NCBI GenBank assembly: GCA_026770705.1
Contig: JANJGN010000002.1
Location: 176,638,001 to 176,702,000 of the forward strand
Source: Isurus oxyrinchus
Taxonomy: Eukaryota
DNA length: 64,000 nucleotides
Direction of reading: 5' to 3'
This document shows positions 1-11,214 of this stretch, one piece after another (within the stretch, counting starts at the first letter, position 1; each line of letters starts with the position of its first letter). Made by a program: the position numbers and the translations under genes. Below the pieces are notes generated by a model that was not told where the DNA came from, made no database searches, and saw only the letters and a list, made by a program, of their open reading frames with translations.

Positions 1-689
1 CCTCTGCCACCCCCTCCCAAGCCACAGTGGTGAGACTGATGGGTCTCCTCTGGCCAGAGTGGGGCTAGAGGACATCATGGTGGGCCTCCCCAGTGTCCAG
101 AAGGTGTCCCAGGGATGCGACACTGAATTGTGCATTCTTCTTGGCTCTTGGGGCCATGTCTTCACCAGTGCCATCCTGGGCTGCAAGCATTGAGAAGTTT
201 GCATGCTGAGCAGTTTAAGTATGATGTCCTGCATGAGGAAGCGGTGAGATAACAGTGTGGTGGGCAAATCAGAGGCCACCCACCAGTGAGACAGCATGTT
301 TCCTGTGGCTGCATAATTAATGAGGTGGGAATAGGACAATACGGCACAAAGTCCTGCCATTGTGGCCAACGGGTAAAAGATTTTCTTCCTGCTCACAACT
401 GCAATTTGTGCAAATCTGGGATGATTCATCCCATAACGAAAAATGATTTGCAGAATCCTAAATGGTACACAATATAAAGAGTAAAATTGATTGACACTGG
501 TGTCAGCTCCCAATCTCACTGGTTTGAAAAAGAACATTGGTTACACGCAGTGCTGGAAACAAAATTTGGAGCAAATGGGTAAAAATGTAATTATTTCACC
601 TTTAAATATATTATTCAGTGCCAATAAATATTCAGATTGTGTTATCTGACAATACAAACAACATTACTGAATGACACTAAAATGAATGG

Positions 690-990
690 GCATACAAGAA
701 TAATTACATGTGATAAAGTGCCATCAGTTTAAAACTCTAAAAGAATGTGGCAAGCGGTTAGGAGAAATGTATTTTTGCAGTGTGATAGGACCATGGCATG
801 TTGTGCCACGGCAGGTAGTTGTGTCAGAGATCATTACATCTTTTAAGGGAAAAGTAGATAAACGTTCAAAGCTGAAAATGTGCAGAGCTATGGGGAGAGA
901 ACAGGGCAGTGATATTAGTTTTAGTTTTAGATTGCTCTAGCAAACAGTTGGCACAGACATGATGGACCTCTTTCAGTGCTGTAAACTTTA
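690..990 (+). mobile_element. Decayed CR1-type LINE 3' end
   Basis: Resembles the 3' end of the better-preserved CR1 copies in this window (29.6-30.6 kb, 32.3-32.8 kb): 'acatcttttaagggaaaagtagat' ... 'ggcacagacatgatggacc'. Confidence 0.55.
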
Positions 991-1399
991 ATAGTACAAT
1001 GGTCCATTTTATTAATGAGAAATCTAGTTTAGAAAGGAACGTACTAAAGTATTGAAGCATTCAAGAAGATCATGATCTCTTAAAGAAATACTGGTTATCA
1101 ATGTGATAAAACTCTTACCTTTTAATATAAAAATCAAATCTTAACTTTTAATGTTTTTAAAATTATTTTAATATATTATGCCAGTTTAAGTGTATAGTGT
1201 TTAAATTTAAAGCATAAATATCTATTTTTCACATATATTGATGTACAAATTTTATATCAATGTCAATAGGAAACAGCATATAGGAATAAAAACAAAATGC
1301 CCATCAGTTTAAAACTCTACTGATGCTGGAAATACAAAACAAAAACAGAATTACCTGGAAAAACTCATCAGGTCTGGCAGCATCGGCAGAGAAGAAAAG

Positions 1400-1438
1400 A
1401 GTTGACGTTTCGAGTCCTCATGACCCTTCGACAGAACT
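1400..1438 (-). ncRNA. Minimal type I hammerhead ribozyme motif in the PLE terminal repeat
   Basis: Minus strand reads AGUU-CUGUCGA-A-GGGUC-AUGAG-GACUC-GAAAC-GUC-AACU: stem I AGUU/AACU, stem II GGGUC/GACUC, GAAA core, GUC cleavage triplet. Confidence 0.75.
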
Positions 1439-1808
1439 TGAGTTTGAGTCCAAGAAACAGTTGAAATATAAGCTGGTTTAAGGTGTGTGTGTGGGGGGCG
1501 GAGAGATAGAGAGAGAGGTGGGGGGGTGGTGTGGTTGTATGGACAAACAAGCAGTGATAGAAGCAGATCATCAAAAGATGTCAACGACAATAGTACAATA
1601 GAACACATAGGTGTTAAAGTTAAAGTTGGTGATATTATCTAAACGAATGTGCTAATTAAGAATGGATGGTAGGGCACTCAAGGTATAGCTCTAGTGGGGG
1701 TGTTTTTTTTATATAATGGAAATAGGTGGGATAAGGAAAATCTTTATAATTTATTGGAAAAAAAAAGGAAGGGGGAAACAGAAAGGGGGTGGGGATGGGG
1801 GAGGGAGC

Positions 1809-3432
1809 TCATGACCTAAAGTTGTTGAACTCAATATTCAGTCCGGAAGGCTGTAAGGTGCCTAGTCGGAAGATGAGGTGTTGTTCCTCCAGTTTGCGTT
1901 GGGCTTCACTGGAACAATGCAGCAAGCCAAGGACAGACATGTGGGCAAGAGAGCAGGGTGGAGGGTTAAAATGGCAAGCGACAGGGAGGTTTGGGTCATT
2001 CTTGCGGACAGACTGCAGGTGTTCTGCAAAGCGGTCGCCCAGTTTACGTTTGGTCTCTCCACTGTAGAGGAGACCACATTGGGAGCAACGAATGCAGTAG
2101 ACTAAGTTGGGGGAAATGCAAGTGAAATGCTGCTTCACTTGAAAGGAGTGTTTGGGTCCTTGGACGGTGAGGAGGGAGGAAGTGAAGGGGCAGGTGTTAC
2201 ATCTTTTGCGTGGGCATGGGGTGGTGCCATAGGAGGGGGTTGAGGAGTAGGGGGTGATGGAGTAGTGGACCAGGGTGTCCCGGAGGGAGCGATCCCTACG
2301 GAATGCCGATAGGGGGGGTGAAGGGAAGATGCGTTTGGTGGTGGCATCATGCTGGAGTTGGCGGAAATGGCGGAGGATGATCCTTTGAATGCGGAGGCTG
2401 GTGGGGTGATAAGTGAGGACAAGGGGGACCCTATCATGTTTCTGGGAGGGAAGAGAAGGCGTGAGGGCAGATGCGCGGGAGATGGGCTGGACATGATTGA
2501 GGTCCCTGTTAATGACCGTGGGTGGAAAACCTCGGTTAAGGAAGAAGGAGGACATGTCAGAGGAACTGTTTTTGAAGGTAGCATCATCGGAACGGATGCG
2601 ACGGAGGCGAAGGAACTGGGAGAATGGGATGGAGTCCTTACAGGAAGCAGGGTGTGAGGAGCTGTAGTCGAGGTAGCTGTGGGAGTCGGTGGGTTTGTAA
2701 TGGATATTGGTGGACAGTCTATCACCAGAGATTGAGACAGAGAGGTCAAGGAAGGGAAGGGAAGTGTCAGAGATGGACCACGTGAAAATGATGGAGGGGT
2801 GGAGATTGGAAGCAAAATTAATAAATTTTTCCAAGTCCCGACGAGAGCATGAAGCGGCACCGAAGTAATTATCGATGTACCGGAGAAAAAGTTGTGGAAG
2901 GGGGCCGGAGTAGGACTGCAACAAGGAATGTTCCACATACCCCATAAAGAGACAGGCATAGCTGGGGCCCATGCGGGTACCCATAGCCACACCTTTTATT
3001 TGGAGGAAGTGAGAGGAGTTGAAGGAGAAATTGTGCAGCGTGAGAACAAGTTCAGCCAGACGGAGGAGAGTAGTAGTGGATGGGGTTTGTTCCGGCCTCT
3101 GTTCGAGGAAGAAGCTAAGGGCCCTCAGACCATCCTGGTGGGGGATGGAGGTGTAGAGGGATTGGACGTCCATGGTGAAGAGGAAGCGGTTGGGGCCAGG
3201 GAACTGAAAATTGTTGATGCGACGTAAGATGTCAGAGGAATCACGGATGTAGGTGGGAAGGGACTGGACAAGGGGAGAGAGAAGGGAGTCAAGATAACGA
3301 GAAATGAGTTCTGTGGGGCAGGAGCAAGCTGAGATGATCGGTCTACCGGGGCAGTTCTGTTTGTGGATTTTGGGCAGGAGATAGAAGCGGGCCGTCCGAG
3401 GTTGGGGGACTATCAGGTTGGAAGCTGTGGGA
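1809..3432 (-). CDS. PLE reverse transcriptase + C-terminal GIY-YIG endonuclease; uninterrupted frame but N-terminally truncated with altered motifs
   Basis: PLE RT motifs FYLLPKIHK..PGRPII, DVQSLYTSIP, GVAMGTRMGPSYACLFM, RYIDN (family YIDD), LPFLD, YKPTDSH.YL. Endonuclease NLVYCIRCSQCGLLYSGETKRKLGDRFAEH...EQHLI...GLN. The track's start at 3452 lies in flanking DNA. Confidence 0.9.
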
Positions 3433-4773
3433 AGCATATAGGATGCTATCAAATTCTCAATCCCTGTGATGTTTGAGATGATTTAGAATGCTTCTCCAAT
3501 AAATGTGAAAATATTTAATTGAAATGTTAGCCATCATACTTACCCAAGATTCTGCCTGACTCAAGAAATATTTAATTATGGGCAGTCTTGTCTTTAGCTG
3601 TGGTACATTTCAACATCTTTGCTCAAACCCATGTAGTTCAACTTTGCAGTGTTACATTCTATCATCAGTGAAAGAATACCAGTGCTGTGATTTGCTATTG
3701 CAGCAAACTCCCAGCACACAATCATAAAATTACATTGAGAGTAATTTATTCTCTACTGCAGATGTAATGTCTTATGGTGATGTTCTGCATGGCAATTAAA
3801 CCCCAATGATAACAGATAATTTGTTAAAATACACTTAGCACTGAAAGAGCAGATGGAATGATCCTGTTTTGTACTATACCTAGGGTTATGGGCTGCTTGA
3901 TTTCACCAGTAACATTTAAATATAATACAACCTTGAGTAACATTTCTTTCTACCATTGTCGTTATTGTACAAAAAGTCATTGCCAAAACCATTTCTTTCT
4001 ATGATGTGAAGAATCTATTTGCTAACGTATTATGGGTAATTTTCTTGCTTTAAATGTCCTTTATTAGCTGGTGGTGAATGACAATAAATAATCAGTGCAT
4101 AATTATAATTTTTTAATAATGTAAATAAATCAATACACTCATAAATATTTTGTCACAATGTGTATTAAGTGCTAAACATATATTTGAAAAAATATCAATA
4201 TAGTACAATCAGTGGTAATGAAACTAACAATTTGCTAATTGCAGGGATGTGAGACTTCAGATTCTGGGTCAGGATTAGCTTTGTGCAATCTTTTGAACTA
4301 TTTTTTTTCCCAATTAAGAAACCCCAAAAATTTGATTACGAATCCATGGCTTCAATGATAGGGTGGCAAAAGCCTATTAATCCAAAGTGTTCTTGAATGT
4401 GTGTCTAACATTTTGTTAAAGCTCTATCAAATTATGATTTGTTCAGCAGTACATTGATGGAGATCTGCTAAGAGGAACTCAAATGTGAGAAAGAGATTTT
4501 ACAACCAAATCAACTGATTGACATAGACTGGAAAATTCAGGGAGACAAAAAAAACTGGTTGCAGCTGTTCACTGTAATAGAAAAGTCTGCCAATAATGGC
4601 TCAGAAAAAAAGATTTGTCCCCCCAGGCAGACGGTCTAAATTTCTTGTGGAGTGGATAGTTTGAAAGACAAGTTGTTAATTTGCCACTCTTAAAGATTTC
4701 AGACACTCGAAATGACACCATTAATGTTGTGTTTGCTCACTTAATGCTAGAAAGCCTGCACTGAAAACCAATC

Positions 4774-4806
4774 TAAAATAAAAGCAAAAAACTGCATATG
4801 TTGGAA
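4774..4806 (-). mobile_element. Very short PLE 3'-terminal fragment
   Basis: 'aaaataaaagcaaaaactgcatatgttggaa' matches the PLE terminus. Flanked by ACTGAAAAC(C/T)AATC at 4760-4773 and 4807-4820. Confidence 0.55.
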
Positions 4807-5180
4807 ACTGAAAACTAATCACCTGCAGGATTAACACTATCGCTGCTGTTATCTTGTCCCTTGTAGGATATTCAGATGATGTACATGATATCAATTAGAA
4901 GGAAGTGTGGGATATAACAAATCTATCTGGAATAAATAATTTGGCAAAATCTTGTGAAGTTACTGAGTGGAAATTTTTTACTCAGACTAGATTTTATGGG
5001 TACATAATCCCAACACTACTTTGAAGCCTCCAAACCAAATTACTGAGAAATCCACATCCTGGCATTTCTGTTAGACTGATGTGGAATATGTACTGCCTGA
5101 GGAGGGACACATGCCATTTACTTAAATTCAGAAGGCTTAGGTGCAGGTTGATAGGGTAACCCAAACATTCTTATAAGTAA

Positions 5181-5350
5181 TAAAAACAAAAAACTGCGGA
5201 TGCTGGAAATCCAAAACAAAAACAGAATTACCTGGAAAAACTCAGCAGGTCTGGCAACATCGGCGGAGAAGAAAAGAGTTGACGTTTCGAGTCCTCATGA
5301 CCGTCATGAGGACTCGAAACGTCAACTCTTTTCTTCTCTGCCGATGCTGC
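5181..5350 (-). mobile_element. PLE terminal fragment with inverted duplication (hairpin)
   Basis: Near-identical to the 1.3 kb and 43.7 kb PLE ends. About 50-bp arms inverted around 5302. Perfect 15-bp TSD CATTCTTATAAGTAA at 5166-5180 and 5351-5365. Confidence 0.92.
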
Positions 5351-5479
5351 CATTCTTATAAGTAAGGCTGGAGGTTAATCAAAGGCAACTTTCCAGTTTA
5401 CCAGTACAGTTAAGCTTCCTGCTGCTTGTCTAGATAAGCACATCTAATCTATTTGGACATTGGCAAGTCTTTCCTTGTA

Positions 5480-6925
5480 TACGAACATACGAATTAGGAG
5501 GCTGACCCATTTGTGGCCTCAACTTTACTTTCTTTTTTACCCTCAAAATGCTTTGACTCCCTTGTTAATCAATAATCCATCTAACTCAGCCTTAAAAATG
5601 TTCAATGACCATGCCCCCATTGCTCTCTGGGGAAGAGAATTCCACAGACTAACTGAGTGAAAAATGTTCTCCTCACCTCCGTCTTAAATGGGAAATCCCT
5701 TACTTTTAAACTGTCCCCTAGTTTTAGTCTCCCTCGCAAGGAAAAACATCCTCTCAGCATCTATTCTGTCAATTCCCCTCAGGAATTTATGTTTCAATAA
5801 GATCACCTCTCATTCTTCTGAATCCAATGGATACAAGCCCAACTTGTCAAACTTTTCCTCATAAGATAACCCTTTTATTCCATGATCAGTCATAGCTGCT
5901 TCTATTGCAATTATATCCTTTCTTAAGCAACGTGATCAAAATTGTACACAGTAGTGTACTCCAGATGTGGTATCACCAAAGCCCTGTACAAATGTAGCAA
6001 TACTTCCCTACTTTCATATTCCATTCCCCTTGCAATAAACAACAGCATTCGATTTGCCTTCCTAATCAGTTGCTGTTCCTGCATACTAAATTTTTGTTAT
6101 TCATGCTCCAGGACACCCAGATCCCACTGTACCACAGAGTACTACATTCTCTCTCCACTTAAGTAATGTGCTGCTTTTCTATTCTTCCTGCCAAAGTGAA
6201 CAAGTTCACATTTTCCCACGTTATACTCCAACTGATAATTTTTTGCCCACCCATTTAACCTATCTAAATCCCTTTGTGGACTCTTTACGTCCTCCTCACA
6301 ATTTACTTCCCTATCTATCTTTGTGTCATCAGCAAATTTAGCAACCATACATTCCGTCCCTTCATCCAAGTCATCTCTATAGATTATAAACAGTTGAGGC
6401 CCCAGAACTGACCCCTATGGCACTCCACTAGTAACAGCCTACAAACCTGAAAATGACCTACTCTCTGCTTAGCTAACCAATGCTCTCTCTATAATAATCT
6501 GTTACCCCCTACACTATGAGCTCTTATTTTGTGTAGTAACCTTTGATGTGGCACTTTAGGATCACCTTTTGGAAATCCAAGCCCAGGTTCCTCTTTATCA
6601 AAGTTATTTGTTACTTCCTCAAAGAACTCTAATAAATTAGTGAAACGTAATTTCCTTTTTGCAAAGCCATGTTGACTCTGCCTGATTGCATTAAGATTAT
6701 CTAAATGCCCTGCTATAACCTCTTTAATAATAGATTCTAGTATTTTCCCTATGACAGATATGGCTAAGTGGCCCATAGTTTCCTGCTTTCTGTCTCCCTC
6801 CTTTCTTGAATAGTGGAGATACATTTTTATTTTCCAATCTGACAGGGCCTTTCCAGAATCTAGGGAATTTTGGAAAATTACAACCAATGCATCTACCATC
6901 TTTGCAGCCACTTCTTTGCAGCTCC
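5480..6925 (-). mobile_element. CR1/HER1-type LINE, decayed RT and 3' end
   Basis: ORFs 6489-6959 (IFQNSLDSG..W, KILESIIK, SQHGF, TNLLEFFEEVT, KVPHQRLL) and 6142-6369 (KFADDTK, DLDRL..W, NVGKCELVHFG) are CR1 RT motifs. Confidence 0.9.
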
Positions 6926-7579
6926 CTTTTAGAAGGCAGACCAAGTGGTCAATCATCAATAGTAGTCTGGTGTATTACAGACATGCCTGGTTTAGATACC
7001 AGATTACATAGAACGTGTAGGATTGGAATCCTCTCCAACTGAAAATTTATGGAACATAATTTCAAACTCCCAGACATGTTTTGACCTCATGATTAGAACT
7101 GTACGTTACAAAAGATGCTTATCTTTTGTAATGTAATGCAGTCATCAGTAGAGAGCTGGGCAGAGACTAATCAAAAGGGCATGGACATTGACTAGTGCAA
7201 TCAAGAAGCCTGATTACACAATACAATAGTACAAATGACATATTATCAGTACAATACACTCAAGGAATTATGAAACTAAGATCTGCACCACAGACAATAG
7301 TACTAGAATAAGATCATTCAAACCCTCATTAACTTTGGAGCCAGGTGCTGTTACTGTGCCACCACAAACAGCAGGAGAATTGCTCATAAAATGAGAACTG
7401 ATAATACACATCTGGATGCATCTTCCATAGAAGACCCTTTATTGTTTCAGTCAGTAGGAGCTGATGACATTTGTCTAGGCTTTGTGTGGATACAACTAAA
7501 TGGATATTGAAACAACAGGAAATATGTTTTGACATGCCTGAGTTAAATTATTATAAAAGAAGAGCAGGTCTGAGTATCT

Positions 7580-7926
7580 GGGCTGCAGTTGGAACGAGGG
7601 TTAGGGATGGGCACCTTGATTCAGGCCTACATTTTGCAGCAAACAAACCAGCCATACTGGGGATTGTGTTTTCAGCCATATTGTGGTGATTTTGGCCTGA
7701 AGGTTTTGGGCTGCAGTTGGAAGAGGGATCGAGTTTGGTCACCTTGACTCAGGCCCACAGTCAACACTGGACAGACCAGCCATGTTGGGGATTGTAAATT
7801 TCAGTCAAATTGTAGTGATATTGGTCTGAGGGTTTTGTGAGTTTTTAGGTAAAAATTTTGTGTTCTTTTGCTGGTAACCTCTAACTTTTTTCAGCCATAT
7901 TTTGGTGATATTGGTCTGAGGGTTTT
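7580..7926. repeat. Degenerate ~128-bp tandem repeat (2 copies plus a partial third)
   Basis: Unit 'gggctgcagttggaa...caccttga.tcaggcc...accagccat.(c/t)tggggattgt...ttcag.ca.attgt.gtgat.ttgg.ctga.ggtttt' at about 7580-7707 and 7708-7836; the tail recurs at about 7888-7926. Confidence 0.8.
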
Positions 7927-8089
7927 CCTTAAGGTTTCAGGACAAGATGTGCAGTTTTGCCTGTGTTTTTGTAAGTTTAAACCAAGTCATGGTGACCTTG
8001 TCTGGGTACTGGGAACGGGTCATTTTAAATTTTGGGGTTTTGTACTGTGGGGTTCTGAGTAATTCAATAAAGCAGTCGTGAATTATCAG

Positions 8090-8230
8090 AAGAAGCTGAA
8101 GGAGAGTCACATGGATTCAAAACGTTAACTCTGTCTTTCTCTCCACAGATGCTGTCAGACCTGCTGAGTTTTTCCAGCATTTTCTGTTTTTGTTTCAGAT
8201 TTCCAGCATCCACAGTATTTTGCTTTTGTC
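8090..8230 (+). mobile_element. Older PLE terminal fragment with decayed hammerhead
   Basis: 'ctgaaggagagtcacatggattcaaaacgttaactctgtctttctctccacagatgctgtcagacctgctgagtttttccagc...ttccagcatccacagtattttgctttt'. Confidence 0.85.
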
Positions 8231-9489
8231 TTCCTGGTCATTCTGTTCAAGCCATAAACTGCGAATCGGGTATTATGAACTTGAATGTGAGGAGGGTCTC
8301 TGAGGGAAAAGGGAAACCCGGACAACTGCTTTGAACGATTGATCCAGTTCCAATTTTCCATCACAGGGTGTGTCATGAAAACAACTCAATCCCAAAGGGA
8401 TCCCACCTACCCCCTCCCACACTGAGGATAGTCACTAATTGATCATTAACAAATGTAACAGATTGAGGTTTCATTAGGTGATCTGCAGAAATTTCTTATG
8501 GATGGTTTGGTACACAACACAACTCACCATAAATTGAACAAACGCATTAACACCAACAATAGCTAGGGCACACCTAACTGAACCATTCTTTGAAGTCCAT
8601 GCCAAGCGTGTTTATGGGCCTCATTATTCCTTTTTGATTTAAGTAAGCCCAATGACAAATTCCACAATTTGCTGTCTTCTTTGATCCCGCCTGTAGCACT
8701 CACTTAACATCATCAGTCGGCTATCATTGGAGCTCTAATTGTTGTCCTCCACACCTCATTAGGCTTGGATTGTGGTGTCATGTTTGGACTGCCCATTGTT
8801 ATTTTTCATTAACTCATATACTACAGCTACATCATAGCTTATAGGTTCCATAGTACAACTCATCGATATAACAAGAACTCTTTTGTGTTTTAGGTGGGCC
8901 TACACCAGATGTACTGTAGTGGTTCAAGGAGGTGGCTTACCACCATGTCCTCAAAGGCAATTATGGATGATTAACAGCAATGATCATGTCTTATGAAAAA
9001 AACAAAAATAGAGCAACTACACTTCAAAGTACTTCATTGTCTATAAAGTGCTTTGGATGTTCAGGGGTTATGAAAAGTAGTATATCAATGCAAGTTCTTC
9101 CTTTATATGTAATGGATGCTTTTGTGCTTTCATGCTCTAAACTTTAGATATTACATTCTTAAAGCTGCCATTGATAGTTTGGGATATTGTTGCAAGTTTG
9201 AACAATTTTAGTGCAGTATGCTGACTCTTCCTGCAAAGGTCTTTTCCAATGACATTATTGTTGGTTCCTCAGCTTTACACACAATGACCAGTCTATATTC
9301 CCCTTGTGTGAACGGATGTCTATACAGTGCACAAATATTTGGAATTTGCATTTTGCTCTGTTGGCACAAAATAAAAATTTTTACATTCAAACCCTTTCAC
9401 TCTGGCATGTGCAAAGTAAAGAAAGAGCTTGCAGTTATGGAACACCTTTCATAATCTCAGGTCATAAAGCACTTATACCCAGGTAAATA

Positions 9490-9832
9490 TTTTTTTGAAA
9501 TTTAGTCACTCTTGTTTGAATGGAATTCTGTGCATAGCAAGATCCCACAAACAACAATATGATAATGACTAGATAATCTATTTTAGTAATGTTGGTTGAG
9601 GGGCAAATATTGGTGAGGAGAACTCTTTGAATAGTACCATGGGATATTTTACATCCACCAGTCTGGGCAGATATGGCTTCGGTTGAAGATCTCATCTGAA
9701 AGACAGCATCTCTGACAGTTTAGCTCTCCGACCGTCAGCCTGGATTATGTATTCAAGTCTCTAGAATGGGAATTGAATCAACAGCCTTCTGAGTCAGAAG
9801 TAGGAGTACTACCTACTGAGTCAAGGCTGAGG
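9490..9832 (-). mobile_element. tRNA-derived Deu-domain SINE (SacSINE1/AmnSINE-like)
   Basis: Minus-strand tRNA-like head with A/B boxes (TGACTCAGTAGG ... GATTCAATTCC) followed by a Deu-core-like sequence ('gcaagatcccacaaac...atgggat.ttttacatccacc...tctcatctgaaagacagcatctctgacag'). A tail of the same type lies at about 9010-9105 (+). Confidence 0.75.
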
Positions 9833-11214
9833 CATTAAGTACAAGAAGAAGCATTGCAGATATAGAAAATTATCTATGCAAGAGACAAGTAATTATATTT
9901 TCATGCTCTGATGTTGGAGGCTCGGTGCTCATAACATGTATATTAATTTGAGTTTGAAAATTAGAAGCAGCCTTACCATGCCACTTTTCCTCTGTCAGAA
10001 AATGTCTTTCTTATCTGCTTCCACAATCTATGAACATGGAATACAGCATTCATTTTCTATGCTACCTCCAGCCATACATGTTGCATGTCATTTGAAGAGG
10101 AACACACCCTCTATTTCAAAGATAGCCTCACTTTTACCATAATGTTGAAAGTCCTCAGCAGAAGAGTGTATTTCTGCCCATTGTTTAAGTCCCCTGAATT
10201 AGTCAGGCAAAACAAGCAGCATACTTTGAAAAGAGCAGCAGCCCTTTAGGAACTGACATTGTCCCTTTTTCAACCACAAGCAGCCATAGCATTCCCTGCA
10301 GTCATGAAAAAAAGGGATGCTGTGTGAATTATTTTAATTTATTGACCCTGCCAAATATGATTAAGTTTAAAAGAAGAGTTTGACTTTCACAATTAGAAGT
10401 CTCAGCAAATGGACACAGTATGACCAATGCATCTACTTCTACTATCTTAAAAGTAAATCTCTTCCCTGAAGGAAAAATTGCTAAAAGTTGGGGAGTGACT
10501 GGTACTGATCCAAACTGGAGTTTCATTTTAAGGTATACAAGTCCAGTTTGGGCCAGTACCAGTCATTTTCCAAGTTTTAATGGTTTTCCTTTCTTTGTTG
10601 TGTTGCCAAGATAGAAATGATAGTCAAAAATGAGGATCAAGACCGTGATCATAATACATAACAGTGGGTTGTGCATTGCACTGAGTAAGGCTAACACATG
10701 CTCAACTGAAGGCAGCCATTGGGTGGAATCATCTGGTCCCATTGGTGGTGGGCATCATGGCAGGGTGGGGAGGGACAATTCAGCGTGAGGGGCAAAAATT
10801 GGTTGCATGCTTGCATGAAGTCACAGCGGGATTACCTGATGTCCGCCATGGTGGGAATGCCAATCCTGCTGGAGGCCGGTGCGAACCCAATTTGCATCCT
10901 GGTAAAGGGATGCAAAGTAAGGCCCAAACAGAATTGTCCCCATGCCAGATTTACCGTTACACTGGTGGGAAGGTACGCCGGCCCAGGATACATCTGGACA
11001 AGTGTGATGTGCAGAAGTTGGGACTTATTATTAGGGCCTTGCTCAGATCGCAGACATCCAAAGAGAAAAAGATGCTGTGGACGCCGGAGGAACACGTGCG
11101 TTGCATGCTGGGTGGATCCTCATGCACAGTTCTCAGAAGATTGGAGGTTTCCGTTGATGCTTCGGGCCTGCCTCAGGAGATCAAGGTCTTGGCCATGGGC
11201 TGCTTTGGATGACT

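Larger units (their letters stand above)
1286..3432 (-). mobile_element. Penelope-like retroelement (PLE), 5'-truncated, young
   Basis: RT + GIY-YIG ORF, 3' UTR and terminal repeat with hammerhead motif. Perfect 11-bp target-site duplication AGCATATAGGA at 1275-1285 and 3433-3443. Confidence 0.95.

Noticed and set aside
2135-3227. Overlapping 285-aa, 102-aa and 111-aa ORFs
   Set aside because: Alternative-frame or antisense shadows of the PLE ORF with biased composition.
1809-3452. The 547-aa ORF as a complete or host gene
   Set aside because: Its first codons lie in the TSD and flank outside the element; it is a 5'-truncated PLE ORF.
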